The notes: generated by a model not told the origin, from the letters alone. A stretch of 64,000 nt of DNA from Octopus vulgaris (GCA_951406725.2 OX597829.1:35836001-35900000), one strand, 5' to 3'. Positions 1-14,187 are shown, counted from the stretch's first letter. Translations and numbers: made by a program.

Positions 1-117
1 ACAAAATTCAGACTAACCTAGCGGTTCGGCAAAAGAATCCGATAGAATAAATACTAGGCGAGCTGGCAGAAACGTTAGCACGCCGGGTGAAATGCTTAGT
101 GGTATTTCGTCTGCAGT

Positions 118-985
118 TGTCCATAGTTATCTTCTTTCCCCTCGACTTTCAAAGAAATATTTACAACAGCAGGACAGCTAACCTTTATTACGGTACATAC
201 TTTTTCTTATATGCCCAAACAGCAATAACCAGTCTGACAGAAGTTTTGATGGGAATGTTCCACCAGTATTCCTTGTGCTGATATTTGTGAACGCACTCAA
301 TAATGGAGATTTTGTATATTTATTCCAGGACCCTTTCTTTTTAATGGCATCGTATATTGTTCTTGCGACAACGTCATGTCTCATAGGGATGTAATACCTT
401 AATGACATTTTGGGGCAGCGACTAATCACATGTATGACGTCTTCTACTGAAATATGACACAATTTGCATTTTCAATTGCATCTTGGAACTCTAAAAGGCT
501 TCACTGTTTCTTTTTATCATTAGATATTTAGTAGCAATCTCCTGTTCTTGAATTGAAAATGCATAGCCTTTGAAGTGTGATGTAGCGATCAGAAGACCAG
601 GGGAGATTTCGTTTGGTGCCAATATTACTGCCTTCTTCAAATCTGCGGTAAGCGCACCCATGCATGGTCTTTATTTTCCGTATGATGAGCGTTTCACCTC
701 CAGGTCTTCTTTGTGGTATGCTAGTGCAGCTGATTTAGGATTGTATAGGAGGTCATCAGGAAGAGAGTACTTCCTGAGGATCCCACTTCCAGCACGTAGG
801 GTATTGTTTTCACTTTTCAGCTATAAGTTAATGTATTCCTTTTCGCTGCTGTTGTTTAGTAAGTGCTGTCTGAGAGAGACTGTGCAACATTCCAAGGTTG
901 TCTGCACTGATCTCAAACCGCTATCGCCTTTTTCTCTTCTTAGGTACAACCTGTCAATATCGCCATTACTGTGGATTTTTCCAGT
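118..985 (-). mobile_element. Decayed 3' half of a REL-endonuclease non-LTR retrotransposon (Dong/R4-like)
   Basis: Minus strand reads HSNGDIDRLYLRREKGDSGL (post-RT DIDRLY..R..GGRGL motif), then a CCHC knuckle CKLCHISVEDVIHVISRCPKMSLRYYIPMRHDVVA; broken by frameshifts and stops. Confidence 0.8.
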
Positions 986-1011
986 CAGTGTATGTGTGTA
1001 TGCATACGTGC

Positions 1012-1789
<778 letters not shown>

Positions 1790-1900
1790 AGAGAGAGAGG
1801 AGGAAGAGAGATAGTTCAAATTTACAAAAAAAAAAATGAAGACAAGAGTAGGAATAACAAGCAGGTGTATTAGTCTAACGCTCAGGGAGAATGGAAAAAT

Positions 1901-1936
1901 CTTTTACGTTTCGAACCTACGCTCTTCAATAGAAAG
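1901..1936 (-). ncRNA. Degenerate minimal hammerhead-like motif (PLE pseudo-LTR type)
   Basis: Minus strand: CTTT-CTATTGA-A-GAGC(GTAG)GTTC-GAAA-CG-TA-AAAG. Stem I, stem II, GAAA, palindromic ACGT stem III and a GUA site are present, but the core deviates from CUGANGA. Confidence 0.5.
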
Positions 1937-2589
1937 GACTAAGAAGAAAATAAAAAGGAGAGAGGAAAAATGTGCAAGGATGACCGGCAAAAGGAGGATG
2001 AATGAAAGGGAGATAATTATAATGATGATAACAGTGACCCCATCGAACTAAGGCGCGTAAGCGTGTGTGAATGTGTATGTGTGAGTATGTATGTGTGTGA
2101 ACTGAAAATTATGTGGATCTGTATGCGTGTATGTGTATAACTAACCCAATGAATACAGTATATGGAGCGATATGCATTCGATGGATTTGAAGAACAAATG
2201 GAACCCAACACTTATTCTTCTAAAGTATAGTACTCGTTCTATAGGCGCTTTTGCCAAATCCATAATTCAGGGGTACGTAAACATACCAGCACCAATCGTT
2301 CGAGAATCATAGGCACAAGGTCTCAGTCTTGCACACACACACATACACACACACACAAACACACACACACACACATATGCTGCGCGAACTCTGAAAACGA
2401 TAGCATTTGTAAAGGTCATCAATATCTTTTCAATTGATCAATCGATCGAATGAATAAACCGAAACGTGAGCGCACCTAGGAAATATCAGAAACAGCTGTA
2501 AGTCTTTGATGCACAAATAAATAATTGCGGAAACTTCATTATATATGTCTTTTCTTGTATATCACTGTGTCTAGATCTCAGTTCTATGG

Positions 2590-3080
2590 AGGAGGACAGG
2601 CAGAAACAGCGTGCAGGAAAGATGGATCCGTGTCCTTCGGAAGACTCACCATCGAAGGGATGCAAACGCAAAAGTCTCAGACCCGATCCGGCGGTTGATC
2701 TCCGCTGGTGACTTTCTTCTCCGTAACCAGTGAACTCTTGGACCTGCTCAGTCTGAATGCCATTGAGATGCACAATGGCCTGCAAACCTTCTGTTCTTAG
2801 AGCTTTTGTCATATCTGTGCTGATCCTGAGACCAAATGCAGTGTCTTCGTTAGATCCTTAGTGTTTCCCTATGCGACCGAATGTCAAACAGCATCTGAGA
2901 ACAATAACAGCAGCAACTATCCATTGAATAAGAGAAGTCCGGCTGCACAGGCTACAGTAGTTTTGCCACGTCTGCATAATCAGCACTGGAAGACTACCAT
3001 AGTTTGTGGAGGTAGCGGCTCACATACAGGAGAGTCCAGCACAGTGCACCAAAGAAGACATGGGCGCAACAAATTGAGAA
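2590..3080 (-). mobile_element. RTE-like LINE RT/thumb remnant
   Basis: Minus strand reads TKALRTEGLQAIVHLNGIQTEQVQEF, resembling the KTK..I.LNG..LEQV.EF.YLG region of RTE reverse transcriptases; heavily decayed. Confidence 0.5.
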
Positions 3081-3084
3081 TGAC

Positions 3085-3868
3085 TTGAAGTCCTTCAAAG
3101 TGGAATTATTCAGGACCCATGTCATTATTTAGGACCCATGTCACAGCCTTATCCATTTACAAAACGACTGTTCCTGGGATTCTCTTTTAGCTTGGGGAAC
3201 AACCAAAATCACAGGGAGCAATATCTGGACGTAAGAGAGGGTAGGAAAAAGTTTTGGTAGCCATGTCGGTCAAAAACTTGGTTACCAGGTTGCTCGTCAC
3301 TGGGCATCCTTGGAATAAACATTTACACAAATTTTGAACATGTTTTGATCTTCATGAATAATTCTGTCTACAGCTGTCACAACAAATCCAAACTATACGT
3401 TTATTGTCTTTATCCAGAAAACTGTGAATTTTCCCAACCAGAGCTGATGTTCTGATGCCCCTTTCCCTCCTTCCTTCCCTCACCTCTCATCGTCTCTCAC
3501 ATCGTCTCCGCCGTCTTGAACCTCTTGTGCCAGCAAAAAACAGATGCTCAGTTCAGGCAAGTTAATTCGTTAGCAATCTGGAACATTTCATAAGTTTCTG
3601 CCTTTGTCCAGTTTACTACAAAACGTTTATACATAGCGAGTTTCGAAAATCCCGATTGCATGCTAGAAACTAGTCAGCAGTAAAAAGCAATATTTAGTAG
3701 GATGTGTTCAAAATGCTGTTACAGTTGTTTCCTTCATTCTGGAATGACAAAAATAGGCAGTTCAACGTAATAGATATATACAAATGATATACTAAAATTG
3801 CGATAATCTAGGACGGTTATAACTGCGACTCCTAGAGATATATCAAAACCTTTGGAATGGACCTTGTA
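3085..3868 (-). mobile_element. Mariner-like DNA transposon remnant
   Basis: Terminus TACAAGGTCCATTCCAAAG at ~3868; decayed HTH region (..DDVRDDER.G) and PDIAPCDF (SPDLAPCDF motif) near 3200-3230. Confidence 0.65.
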
Positions 3869-3949
3869 ATTTCCTGTCCCTTTTGTGCACCAGTTTAATT
3901 ATTTTCTCTTTTTGTATCGCAAAAAGATATGTTTCAAAATAAAAGGTCA

Positions 3950-4350
3950 TACATTGTTGTTAGTCAATTGAAGATGGACCAAGTCGTCCATCTTGGATAT
4001 TCTATTTTTTGTTACTCGTAAGATTTCTGATAGTATATCCTTGCATGCCATTCTTTTTAGACACAGAAAGATTTTCGTCCTATGTCCTGTTGTGTACGTC
4101 TTCTTCGTTTATAACTGGAAATATCCTCCTATGAGCTTCTTTCCAACCGTCATAAATGTTTTTTTCATATATGTAGAATTGATCCGCAGATATACTTAGA
4201 GCTTTGCTGAATGGTAGATAGCGGTGACGGCAGTTGATGTAACACCCAAGAGTTGTCTGAATCAATATTTTGCCTCTGCTTAACGATGTAGCTGATGTCT
4301 TCAGTTTCCATTTTGCAAAATCTTAATTTGTTGTAAGTTGAAGCTTTCTT
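3950..4350 (-). mobile_element. Possible Helitron Rep/helicase remnant
   Basis: Minus strand reads IDSDNSWV...PLS...ICGSI and later DE...LVHLQ, resembling the Helitron DNRWVVPYNP.LS...VEIC.SI and L.VHL motifs; very degenerate. Confidence 0.4.
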
Positions 4351-4802
4351 TATTCGTAAGTTACTTGGTGGAGAGTTGTTGTTCCTGGATTGCATGGAAG
4401 TTATCTTCAATGCGTGATGAAGGACAAAGAAGAAATAACCAATGTGAAATATTTTCTCTATGTTTTACTTATTTGTTTTTGTTTGAAGTACTTACGGTAC
4501 AACCTTCTGAATGAAGTGGTATGTTTTTTTTTAATTTATTTTTTTTTGCATTGAGATTTTCTTTCGATAGAATTTTGTATCAGTTTTATTTCATGCCTTT
4601 TCTCAAGTTCATTAGCGATCCTAATGTTGCTTCTGTTTCGTGCTCAAACACTTGTGCAAGATAGTTACTGATTTTATTTTATCTTCTACTGGATATGTTG
4701 CTTCGGTGTTATACACCGGGTCTCGTATGATGTCAATACAAATAAATATGTGTGTATATGCATACTTACACACGCACATCCAAACACACCCAGACACACC
4801 CA

Positions 4803-4851
<49 letters not shown>

Positions 4852-5529
4852 ACATTCACATACACACACATGCAATACATATTTATATATACATACACAC
4901 ACACACATATATATATATATACATATATACATATATATATACATGCACATATAAATATTTAGAGATAAATATATACGTGTATGTGTGCGTGCGTGTGCGT
5001 GCTTATGTGTGTGTGTTTGTATGTGTGTATCTGTGTGTATGTTTAAGCGTGTGTGCGTGCGTGTGTGTGTTTGTGTTTAGTATCTCTGCATGAGTGTAAG
5101 TCTGTCTCTATGATTTTCAGTCATATAACGTACGTGAAAGATTTCGTTCAGGCGTTCATAGATAATAAAATTACCAACATGAAACGGCCTCTTCCATGGT
5201 AACCGCAGTTCATCTGAAATGTATTTCTTTTCAACTTGTTTCTCTTTATATATTTTCCTGTGATTTCATGCGTGTAGTAAAGCCACTTTATTTATGTCTC
5301 TTATGAGTTAGGACGCCAATAATTTCTTCTTTTTTGCATCTTATTGTTGTCTTTATTGTTGCTGTTATTTAGCCCCAAGCCACCTTTTATCAAAGGCATT
5401 CCAATCTTGACCATCCTGCCTTTGTTTTGAGCTCAGTATTTTCTAGACTAAACTATCCAATGCGTCATACTTAATCCTCGTCCCCCCCCCGCAAATTGCC
5501 GGGCTTGTGCCAAAGTCAACGGTATTTAC

Positions 5530-5955
5530 ATGAAAGGACGAAAGTCGTCGCATTGGCCCGAGTGCCAGAGGTGCAATGTTGTAACAAAGCTACAATTCTG
5601 TCTGACTATAAAACATGTTTGTTGCACATGCCGAACAGATATTTGCAACTTTTCAGTAGCACTTCGATAAACTGTGTGGATGTAGTGGCAGACTACCTTG
5701 ACTCCCTTTCGAAATCTTTGCTGAGAAAAGCAGAGTGCTGCGAAAAGCAACTGCAGAAGAGACGGTTGGCTGCATGGCAGGCAGATCGCCTGGTTTGAAT
5801 GATCTATCCTATGAGCTTTACTTTTACCTAACAGACTGGTATGGAGATCGGTTGCCAGATATTTACTCGGTTCTGTAAATGAAGGAACGATAACGCTGCT
5901 AAGAATGGGAGATCAAGTTGATAATTTTCAGTACATAACTTTAAATGCTGAGGAG
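5530..5955 (+). mobile_element. L1/Tx1-like ORF2 fragment
   Basis: Decayed SPGL.DL.YE.Y-like segment followed by ITLLRMGDQVDNFQYITLNAE (D..NFRPITLLN motif). Confidence 0.55.
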
Positions 5956-6488
5956 CATCCCACGCAATCTAGGATTCCCTTACTTAAAACAAATATAACG
6001 CACACAGTGGTGAGCATAAACAGATGTGTTCAAAGTCCACATCAATGTTTAATGAAAAATGTCCCCAAATATATTCAAGGTTACTTAGATCGTTGAAAGC
6101 TGACAAAATTGGTCAGTATTAACAAATGTATTTCACTTTCAGTACTTTCTGAATGTTATATCCAGATTCGATGACCTGGAAGCAGCTGTTACAGTAAGAA
6201 CAGCAACAACACCAAGAGTGGAAACAGAAAGGAAAAGAAAACGCCTGGAGGAAACACCACATCAAGAAGATTAGCAACGGAAAGCACCCAAACAACAAAC
6301 AAAAATAAGTGACCAGAGACACTAAGCTCCTCCCCGCTTAGTATCATTGCGACCTGTGACGAAGAGGACGGTGAAGAGTCTAAAACTGAAAAGTTAAAAA
6401 TGCAAAGAAAAGAAAAAGAAACAAATTATTACGTTTATATATTTGTTTTGCAAGATTTTTGATGTGAAATCGTGTGTTGAAACAGATA

Positions 6489-6689
6489 TTGTTGTATTTA
6501 GGAATGGTCATTTTGCCAGTTTAGCCAATAAAAACACACGCACTATTTTTTGGTTTTACTTTGCTTTTGGCCGAAATAGGATTAATATTAATGTAAAAAA
6601 TAAATAACGCTGAAGCAAAGTAACCCAAATATATAGTGCATGTGTTTTGTTGGCTAAACTGGCAAAATGACCATTCCGAAATACAACAA
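6489..6689. repeat. Imperfect inverted repeat, ~77-bp arms (6489-6566 / 6613-6689)
   Basis: GGAATGGTCATTTTGCCAGTTTAGCCAA pairs with TTGGCTAAACTGGCAAAATGACCATTCC, with flanking matches. Confidence 0.85.
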
Positions 6690-7155
6690 CTCATATCAAC
6701 ACAAAACACTGACAGATGGAGATGTTTTTGAACAACAATGCACAATCATTGTCCTACCAAAACAATTATACGTGTACAGTCAACATAACCATCCCCATCA
6801 ATATCACCACTCATGAACACCGTCGATTCAAGCACTGCCTAAATGACACACACACCCACAAACAGATCACACTGCCCAACACGAGCAAAGAAGATATTAA
6901 ATACATAGCCATAAGCACAAGCAATAAATAGCTAATAAACCGTAGATACCAGTATACAAACATTACTTACAACAGCTACATTACATTTACTAAAATCACT
7001 CTATCGTACATAAAATCATCCAGATACCACAACATGCATACAACATCATAAAAAATGAATACCCAGAAGTTATAAGAGACTTCCAAGTACATATCAATAA
7101 GAAACGGTACAAGGAACTGTCCGTGGAAATACTCACATCGAACCAGGAAGACGAA

Positions 7156-7740
7156 CAGGACCGGATTAAAATCATAGGGGGGGGTCGGAGTACTTCAATT
7201 TCGGCAGGTCTTTCATACTTATGTATAAAATATCACCAAATTTAAATCTCAAAACCCATCTATTGCGTGCAGAGTAAGCAGAGTAAGTTTAAATGCATTT
7301 CTTTAATGCAAAATTTTGTCATCTAAAACTAAGTGTAGCAAGTTTTACAAACATACTGCTATACGCTACTTTAATATCTACAAAAAGTCTTCTTTTCTGC
7401 ATTTAGCATTTAAAAATTTTAATTGAATTCCTCAGACTGTAGTATCTTTAGAAGACTGCTCTCTACATCCAAAAGGGACAGAAACTTAGTCTTTCATGGG
7501 TCGTCATGGTCCTCAGATAATTATTTTTCACGCCCAATTTGCTGAATGAATTCTCTCGGGAACAATTCGTGACCATCAAGCTCAAGAATATTCGAAAAAA
7601 AAGTTGCAAATTGTACAATTTCTTCTGTAAACTAAAATCACAAGAAAATGCGGAGACGAGCTTCACATCTTCAGATCTTATCTCTGCATCAGGCAAACAA
7701 CTGAAACAACGAACTATATTTTATATATGAAAAAAGAAAG
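7156..7740 (-). mobile_element. hAT transposon 3' remnant (dimerisation domain)
   Basis: Minus ORF 7463-7696 reads RIFLSLMVTNCSRENSFSKLGVKNNYLRTMTTHERLS (hAT ERSFS.L..IK..LR.TM..RL motif); TIR-like CAGGACCGGATT at 7156. Confidence 0.75.
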
Positions 7741-7803
7741 AAAACAAATGGTTCGACTTAATGAAAAATATTTGAATATAAATATTTGAACAATATTTCA
7801 ATA

Positions 7804-9814
7804 TAGGCGCAGGCGTGGCTGTGTGGTAAGAAGCTTGCTTTCCACTGCTCATGCGTGTTGTCAGTGTTGTTTCTACCACTGAATAGAAGTCACCACGCTG
7901 GTTTGAAGCTAGTGAAATAGTGATTAAAAAAGAAGCTCAACTGTAAGGAAAGACTTTTGCATTTTGGGGTCCAGTGGGGGTTTGTTGTTTGCCGTAATTA
8001 TTTTTTTTACAAACAAGAATTCCTCACCAGTGAATAGGTTTTCTCACTTAATTGTGAGAATTGTTGTTTGGGGGCGTATCTTGCTTCCAAAAATTTGTTC
8101 ACTTTTAGTGAATAGCTTTTTTTCAAAAATTGTAAGAATTCACCGAAGATACAACTTTTTTTTACCAATTTTTGTGGAATCTGTGTTCCAAATTGTGGCG
8201 TTCCGGGTTCAAGTCGGATTACCATATAGGCCTGGATTACAGAGTGGCCAGAAGAATTTTTGCTTGCTGTGTATTTTTTTAACTGTAGACAGTTTTCTTT
8301 CCTTCTTCAATTGTTTTTGCGACTTTCTTCTAATTGAACTGTTTTCTGTTTTCTTCCTTCCTTTTTGTTTTGATTTTCTTTTGATTTCTTTCTTTTTCTT
8401 CTTGTTTTGAATTTTTATCTGAACTGTTTTTAAACTTTTTCTTAAAAAAACATGGCAAAGAACAAGGACAATGTTTTGGAGTGGGAAATTGTCCCATCAA
8501 AACAGTAGTTGAAAGACTGTGAAGAAAGACGGTGGTGTTGAGGACTTACTCCAAGTCGCTCGACACCATCGCCCAATTTCAAAAGAATGTTATCGACGGG
8601 AGTTGGCAGAGTATCTGTCAACTATTAAATTCATCTCCAGCGGGATCAAATATGCAACGGTGTGGTTGCTATTTGACACGTCTTACATGGATCGCAAATT
8701 TGCGAGCCAGCCCCTGGAGGGCACAGAGATTTTGTTTTTTCCCACGTATTGTGGGAGGAAGTTGACGAGTTTGGGCCTGTGGTTTGCCACCCGGAACAAA
8801 ACCCGAGTGAATAGAGGACACTATCTTCCGGGGGCTGGGTGGCAGCGAAACCAAGCTACTCAACGTAAAAATTTTATCTGCGGCTGATTGGGTGGGGCTA
8901 AAAGCCCGGAAATTTGCGGGGGAGGGGGAGAGGGGCGAGGATTAAGTATGACGCATTGGATAGTTCAGAATTTTTGAAAATGGCCAGGTGCAAGTACTCG
9001 GTCATTCTTGAGGGTCGCCCCACCACCAGGTGTCATCAGTGCCTGGAGCCTGGTCATATAAAAAAAACTGTCCGAAGAACAAAGTAAGGTCCTTAAGCAG
9101 TTGGTTGAGACCTCTGTAGAAGAGAGAACGAAGGCACTCGTGGAGGCGGAGGACTCCTCAAAGAAGGACCGCAAGAGGAAGAAGTTGAGCAACAATGGGT
9201 GCTCACAGAAGAATCCTAGGAATGAGGGAGGGGAGGCGAATCTACCGGTCACGGAGAAGACGCACCCTCCCTCAGTTGAGAAGAAAAAATAGGAAGAGGA
9301 AGAGAAGCGGGACATTGCCGGCTGTCGGTGACATAGTACCGGAATGTCCCGGAACCTTGTCGGTGGGGATTGTGCCACCGGCAGGGGAAGAAACACCGTC
9401 AGTGGGAATTGTGCCGCCGACGGTAGAAGTGACTACCTAGTCTCCGGAGGAAGACGAATTATTGGTCTTATTCTACAGATGCGGGGATGTGGAGAAGGTG
9501 CTGGAAAAGCACTATAATGGAGTACCTTTAGCCTGCACACGGGATCCCGAATGACCTCCGCAGATAGCTATGGAGGTCATAGCGTTGCTCGTGTTGCGTA
9601 GGCTGTAGGGACTCAATGAGGGATGTCGCTTGTGGACGGGCGACGGCGACACGGCACCCGCTTTGTGCTTGAATGAGGCGTGGGTGATGGCGAAGGATGG
9701 GGTCACAAGTGATGTCGGGGAAGAATATGGATAAGAGGTTGAAAAGGTAGTGAATGGATTTGGTAGGCGGAAACTGAAAGAAGCCCGTCGTGTATTATGT
9801 ATATGTATATATAA

Positions 9815-9852
<38 letters not shown>

Positions 9853-10056
9853 TTGTCTCTATGTATGTGTTTGTCCCCCCCCCCACCGCTTGAAAATCGG
9901 TGTTGGTCTTTATGTCCCTGTAACTTAGCGGTTCGGCAAAAGAAAACGATAGAATAAATACCACGCTTAAAACAAAAAGTTCTGGGGTCAATACATCTGA
10001 CTTCAAGGCGGTGCCCCAGCATGGCCACAGTCTAATGTCGAAAACAAGTAAAAGAG
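7804..10056 (+). mobile_element. tRNA-derived SINE (family B) split by an L1/Tx1 fragment; head ~7804-7845, body and tail ~9750-10056
   Basis: Head GGCGCAGGCGTGGCTGTGTGGTAAGAAGCTTGCTT, then body GGATTTGGTAGGCGGAAACTGAAAGAAGCCCGTCG-(TG)n-...TAACTTAGCGGTTCGGCAAAAG...CAGCATGGCCACAG. Related copies lie at ~15-58, 2200-2300(-), 24650-24930(-) and 62080-62150(-). Confidence 0.7.
7846..9745 (+). mobile_element. L1/Tx1-like element 5' UTR and decayed gag-like ORF1 (ATG ~8452)
   Basis: Reads MAKNKDNVLEWEIVPSK...KFASQPLEGTEILFFPTYCGRK, then zinc knuckle CHQCLEPGHIKKxCP at 9031-9075 (one-base frameshift), then a charged, Pro-rich tail. Confidence 0.7.
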
Positions 10057-10689
10057 AAAAACAGATATATGCAATAATGATTTTAGCTGTTGAGAGATGT
10101 AGTTTTATAATTAAAGTAAATTCAAAATTTTAATTTTTGGAATATATTTCTTCCTTGTATCCTAAAATAAGATCAAAGATTTCGACAACTCACTGAAATA
10201 AGGAAGTTTAGAAGTGGCAATACATGTGTGTGCGCGCGCGTGTGTGCGTGTGCCTTTAATTACAATATGCTCAGTCATGCGTAGGAACAAGAAATTTGAA
10301 CTAAAGAAAAGATCTTCTTTCTATCTATCTATTTCTTTATATACACTCACACACACACACGTACATTTATACACACAAACATCAGTTATATTTTTTTTAG
10401 GATTTATATTCTCATAGGATTGTAATTGCTTTTGCAACTTTAAATGAATAAATTGGTGTCGCTAACGTGGAAAAATTTATTACTAGTTCTCATTATAGAA
10501 AGTTCAGTACATTTTTTTTATAAAAGTCATCATATATTTGTATACTGAAAGATTATTGGGTATTGGGAACCTCCTTTTTTGTGTACTTCATACCCTTTTG
10601 TGGAAAGGGGACCCCAATATCATATTTTATCATATTGCCCAGTACCATCCTTGCTCTTCGAGTAAAGCCTTCGTGTTTAATAAAGAAAC

Positions 10690-10998
10690 ATTCTTCTTCT
10701 TCTTCTTCTTCTTCTCTTCTTCTTCTTCTTCTTCTTCTCCTTCTTCTTCTTCTTCTTCTTCTTCTTCTTCCTTCTTCTTCTTCTTCTTCTTCTTCTTCTT
10801 CTTCTTCTTCTCCTTCTTCTTCTTCTTCTTCTTCTTCTTCTTCTTCTTCTTCTTCTTCTTCTTCTTCTTCTTCTTCTTCTTCTTCCTTCTTCTTCTTCTT
10901 CTTTTTCTTCTTCTTCTTCTTCTTCTTCTTCTTCTTCTTCTTCTTCTTCTTCTTCTTCTTCTTCTTCTTCTTCTTCTTCTTCTTCTTCTTCTTCTTCT
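10690..10998. repeat. (TTC)n microsatellite
   Basis: Directly visible. Confidence 0.97.
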
Positions 10999-11519
10999 TG
11001 TCGTTGCTGTTTACACTTGAAATGAGTCAAAAGATCGTATGCACATTTGAAAAACATCACAGTGAATGAATGAATCAGATCAACGAAAACAAAGATGGTC
11101 GCCGTCAGGCAGAAGGTGGTAAGAGGCCGGTGGGTTTGCAGACAGCAAGGTGAACAATCAACAATACGATCAAGATCACTGCTTATATATCTGGAGTTCT
11201 AAGAAAAACTTTCAGAACACTGTCATTTCACTCACAGGACCGAAACTTTTTTATACAAATTAGTTAAAATTGAGACCTCTCGCAGTGCGACGCTGAAAAA
11301 AATGAATACATTCTTACAAAAACACGACCCAATAGACTGAAATGGCCAAAGACACATAACCTTTCTGCAGCTAGAGGAGAAGATGTCATCATTAGTTAAT
11401 TGTGTTAACTAAAAATATACACCCGGAATGGTCGTGCAGAAGGTATTATAAGCGGGTTACGGTTATTACCCTTACATTTTTTCCAGCAGTGGTAATATTT
11501 GAAGATGCTGTCGCGGTTC

Positions 11520-11815
11520 TATTTAACGAAAGGGAGATTTGAAGCTTGTAGCAGAAAACGTCTTACATGTGGGTGTTGTCTAAATACTTCTTTCCTTGAG
11601 TTTAAAAAGGTCCTCGGGTCAAGCGAGTCTTTTTTAAAGTTTCTTTCTGCCAAGCAAAGCTACATCGTTTGCTACCGTTTATATTAAATGTTCCCGGTTG
11701 TTGAAAGAGCTTCCATTTAATCATATATGGAGTTCCTTCCACTGCTGGAACCCATGTAAGGAATATAATCTCGTTCCGCCTGTAGCACCTCCTACACGGC
11801 CATTTCGTATACATA
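11520..11815 (-). mobile_element. Penelope-like element GIY-YIG C-terminal remnant
   Basis: Minus strand reads GTPYMIKWKLFQQPGTFNINGSKRCSF, matching the PLE endonuclease tail Y.IKWKI.....Y.....C.LC. Confidence 0.5.
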
Positions 11816-12053
11816 ATTTTTGTTTACATAAGTGACCATGACGTCTTCCTCCCTCCAGGTGTAGAGAGATTATGGGCCTTCGGCCATTGAATCTGACGTG
11901 TTTCCAATACAGCTAAGTGCTTTATAGGTGCAAGGATCACACTATGACCGGCCGTAACAATCAACTTCCTAATACAGACAAACACACACGCACACACACA
12001 TACCCTCATACATACATGTATATGTACATATATACATGTATATGTATATACAT

Positions 12054-12095
<42 letters not shown>

Positions 12096-12154
12096 ATACA
12101 CATAAAGATATATGATATACATATGTGTGCGAATATATATATATATATATATAT

Positions 12155-12374
12155 AACCCCATGATCACTGTGACCGACCAGGCTAAGCGAGCAGGCCAAC
12201 AGAAGAAAGAGTGAGAGAAAGTTGTGGCGAAGCGTACAGCAGGGATCGCCACCACCCCCTGCCAGAGCCTCATGGAGCTTTAGGTGTTTTCACTCAATAA
12301 ACACTCACAGCGCCTGGTCTGGGAATCGAAACCGCGAATCCACTGCCCTAACCACTGGGCAATTGCGCCTCCAC
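12155..12374 (-). mobile_element. tRNA-derived SINE (family C)
   Basis: Minus strand GGAGGCGCAATTGCCCAGTGGTTAGGGCAG...GGTTTCGATTCCCAG (A-box- and B-box-like), followed by a non-tRNA body. Confidence 0.75.
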
Positions 12375-12889
12375 ATATATATATATATATTCAAGATTAT
12401 ATAAAAAGTCAACAAAAAGTTTGTTATACCTGAATATATATATAATTTTTTAAAAACCGTGTAGTAAATAAACAAACGAACGTATGCTAAATACACAGAC
12501 GAACAGAAAACACACAAGGTCACCAACTCCAACAAAATATATTAAGCCATATTACTTATTACTAGCAAGAAGACCGCCCTTCGCAACCGTAAATTCCGTT
12601 AGTGGATGGACGAGAACAAAACAATAAACAGAATAACGGCTTAGGGCCACACGAAGACAACAAATAATGATAAAAAATATAATAATACATATGCAACAAC
12701 AACAACAAAAAAAATAAAGCCTTGGGACTGCAATACAGACTCCTGTGTCTAGCGTCCTTTACGTTCGGAGTCCAAATTCCGTCGAGAAGGTATGAAATAC
12801 GTATGGCCTTTATCTCAGCCATAAGAAAACATGTGTTGGTAGAAAGAGAAAAATGCATGCGTAGATATTATATATGACGTTAAACAATG

Positions 12890-12993
<104 letters not shown>

Positions 12994-13205
12994 TGTGTGT
13001 GTGTGAATACACACATATATATATATATATATATACACAAACTTATACATATACATATATATTATATATAGATAAACATATACATATATATATATATAAA
13101 CTTAAACTTAGATAAACTTAGATATGTTTCGACCAAAGATTGGCCCAGGCCATGTCTAACTTAATAGCACCACCTGATAGGATTATTCGAATCCTGTTTA
13201 AGTCA

Positions 13206-13335
13206 AGTTTTGTTCAAGTAGTGAGTTCTTGTTGGGTGAGTTGTATCCAGTTTTGTTCAAGTAGTGAGTTCTTGTTGGGTGAGTTGTATCCAGTTTTGTT
13301 CAAGTAGTGAGTTCTTGTTGGGTGAGTTGTATCCA
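13206..13335. repeat. Minisatellite, 3 x 43 bp
   Basis: AGTTTTGTTCAAGTAGTGAGTTCTTGTTGGGTGAGTTGTATCC starts at 13206, 13249 and 13292. Confidence 0.93.
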
Positions 13336-14187
13336 ATTATGGGTGGCTTATCTGGTATTCTTTGAAGGAATCTATCCAGACTCTGTTTAAAGTATACACA
13401 CTCACACACATATATATATATATAATTATATATCAATAATAATAAAGGGTATAATTAATTAATTAATTAATAATTAATAATTTCACCAAGTAGATTTTTT
13501 TTTCTGTAGAATTTTTGCTCAAGAACATACGTGGGTAGGTGAGGGAGAATACGAGACCTCATTCGTATGTTTTGAATTCGTTGGTACTGGTCATTGGATA
13601 TAGTTTGTCTGATGTCACTTGGTCAGATAGGTATGTTCAATTTTTTTCAGTGCTCTCAAATTTAAAATCTTGAAATGCTGTGCTGAAGAGCGAGAATGAT
13701 GGAATGGAAATGTGGTTTTTTCATTTTTCATATCAACCTAACTCCGAAAGACGTCCACAGTTAATCAAATGCCAGATGAATTCGTTGTTTTTTCTCTTTG
13801 TATAAATGGATTGTTTTGAGTATATGTTGTCTGGAGATTTTCTTATGGTAGAGAAATAGCTAGTTTTTGGGGCTGCTATTTCTATTCTATGTGGTGAAGC
13901 AAATTTTTTTGCTGAACCCTAATTAAAATTATACTCATAATTATAAAAATTAGTGTTTAATTATATATATATATAGATAGATAGATAGATGTAGATATAC
14001 ACAAACATACACGAATACGTACATATGTACACATACATATATACATATATTAATTCCGGGTTTTATGTTATTTTAGAAGCAATTATACATTCACATGAGG
14101 GATTGCTCAATACATTTTGTGTGCATATATATTTATGTGTATATATATATATTAATAGATATATACATATACACACTTATATATATA

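Noticed and set aside
13206-13335. CRISPR-like repeat
   Set aside because: The units are contiguous with no spacers, and the context is eukaryotic.
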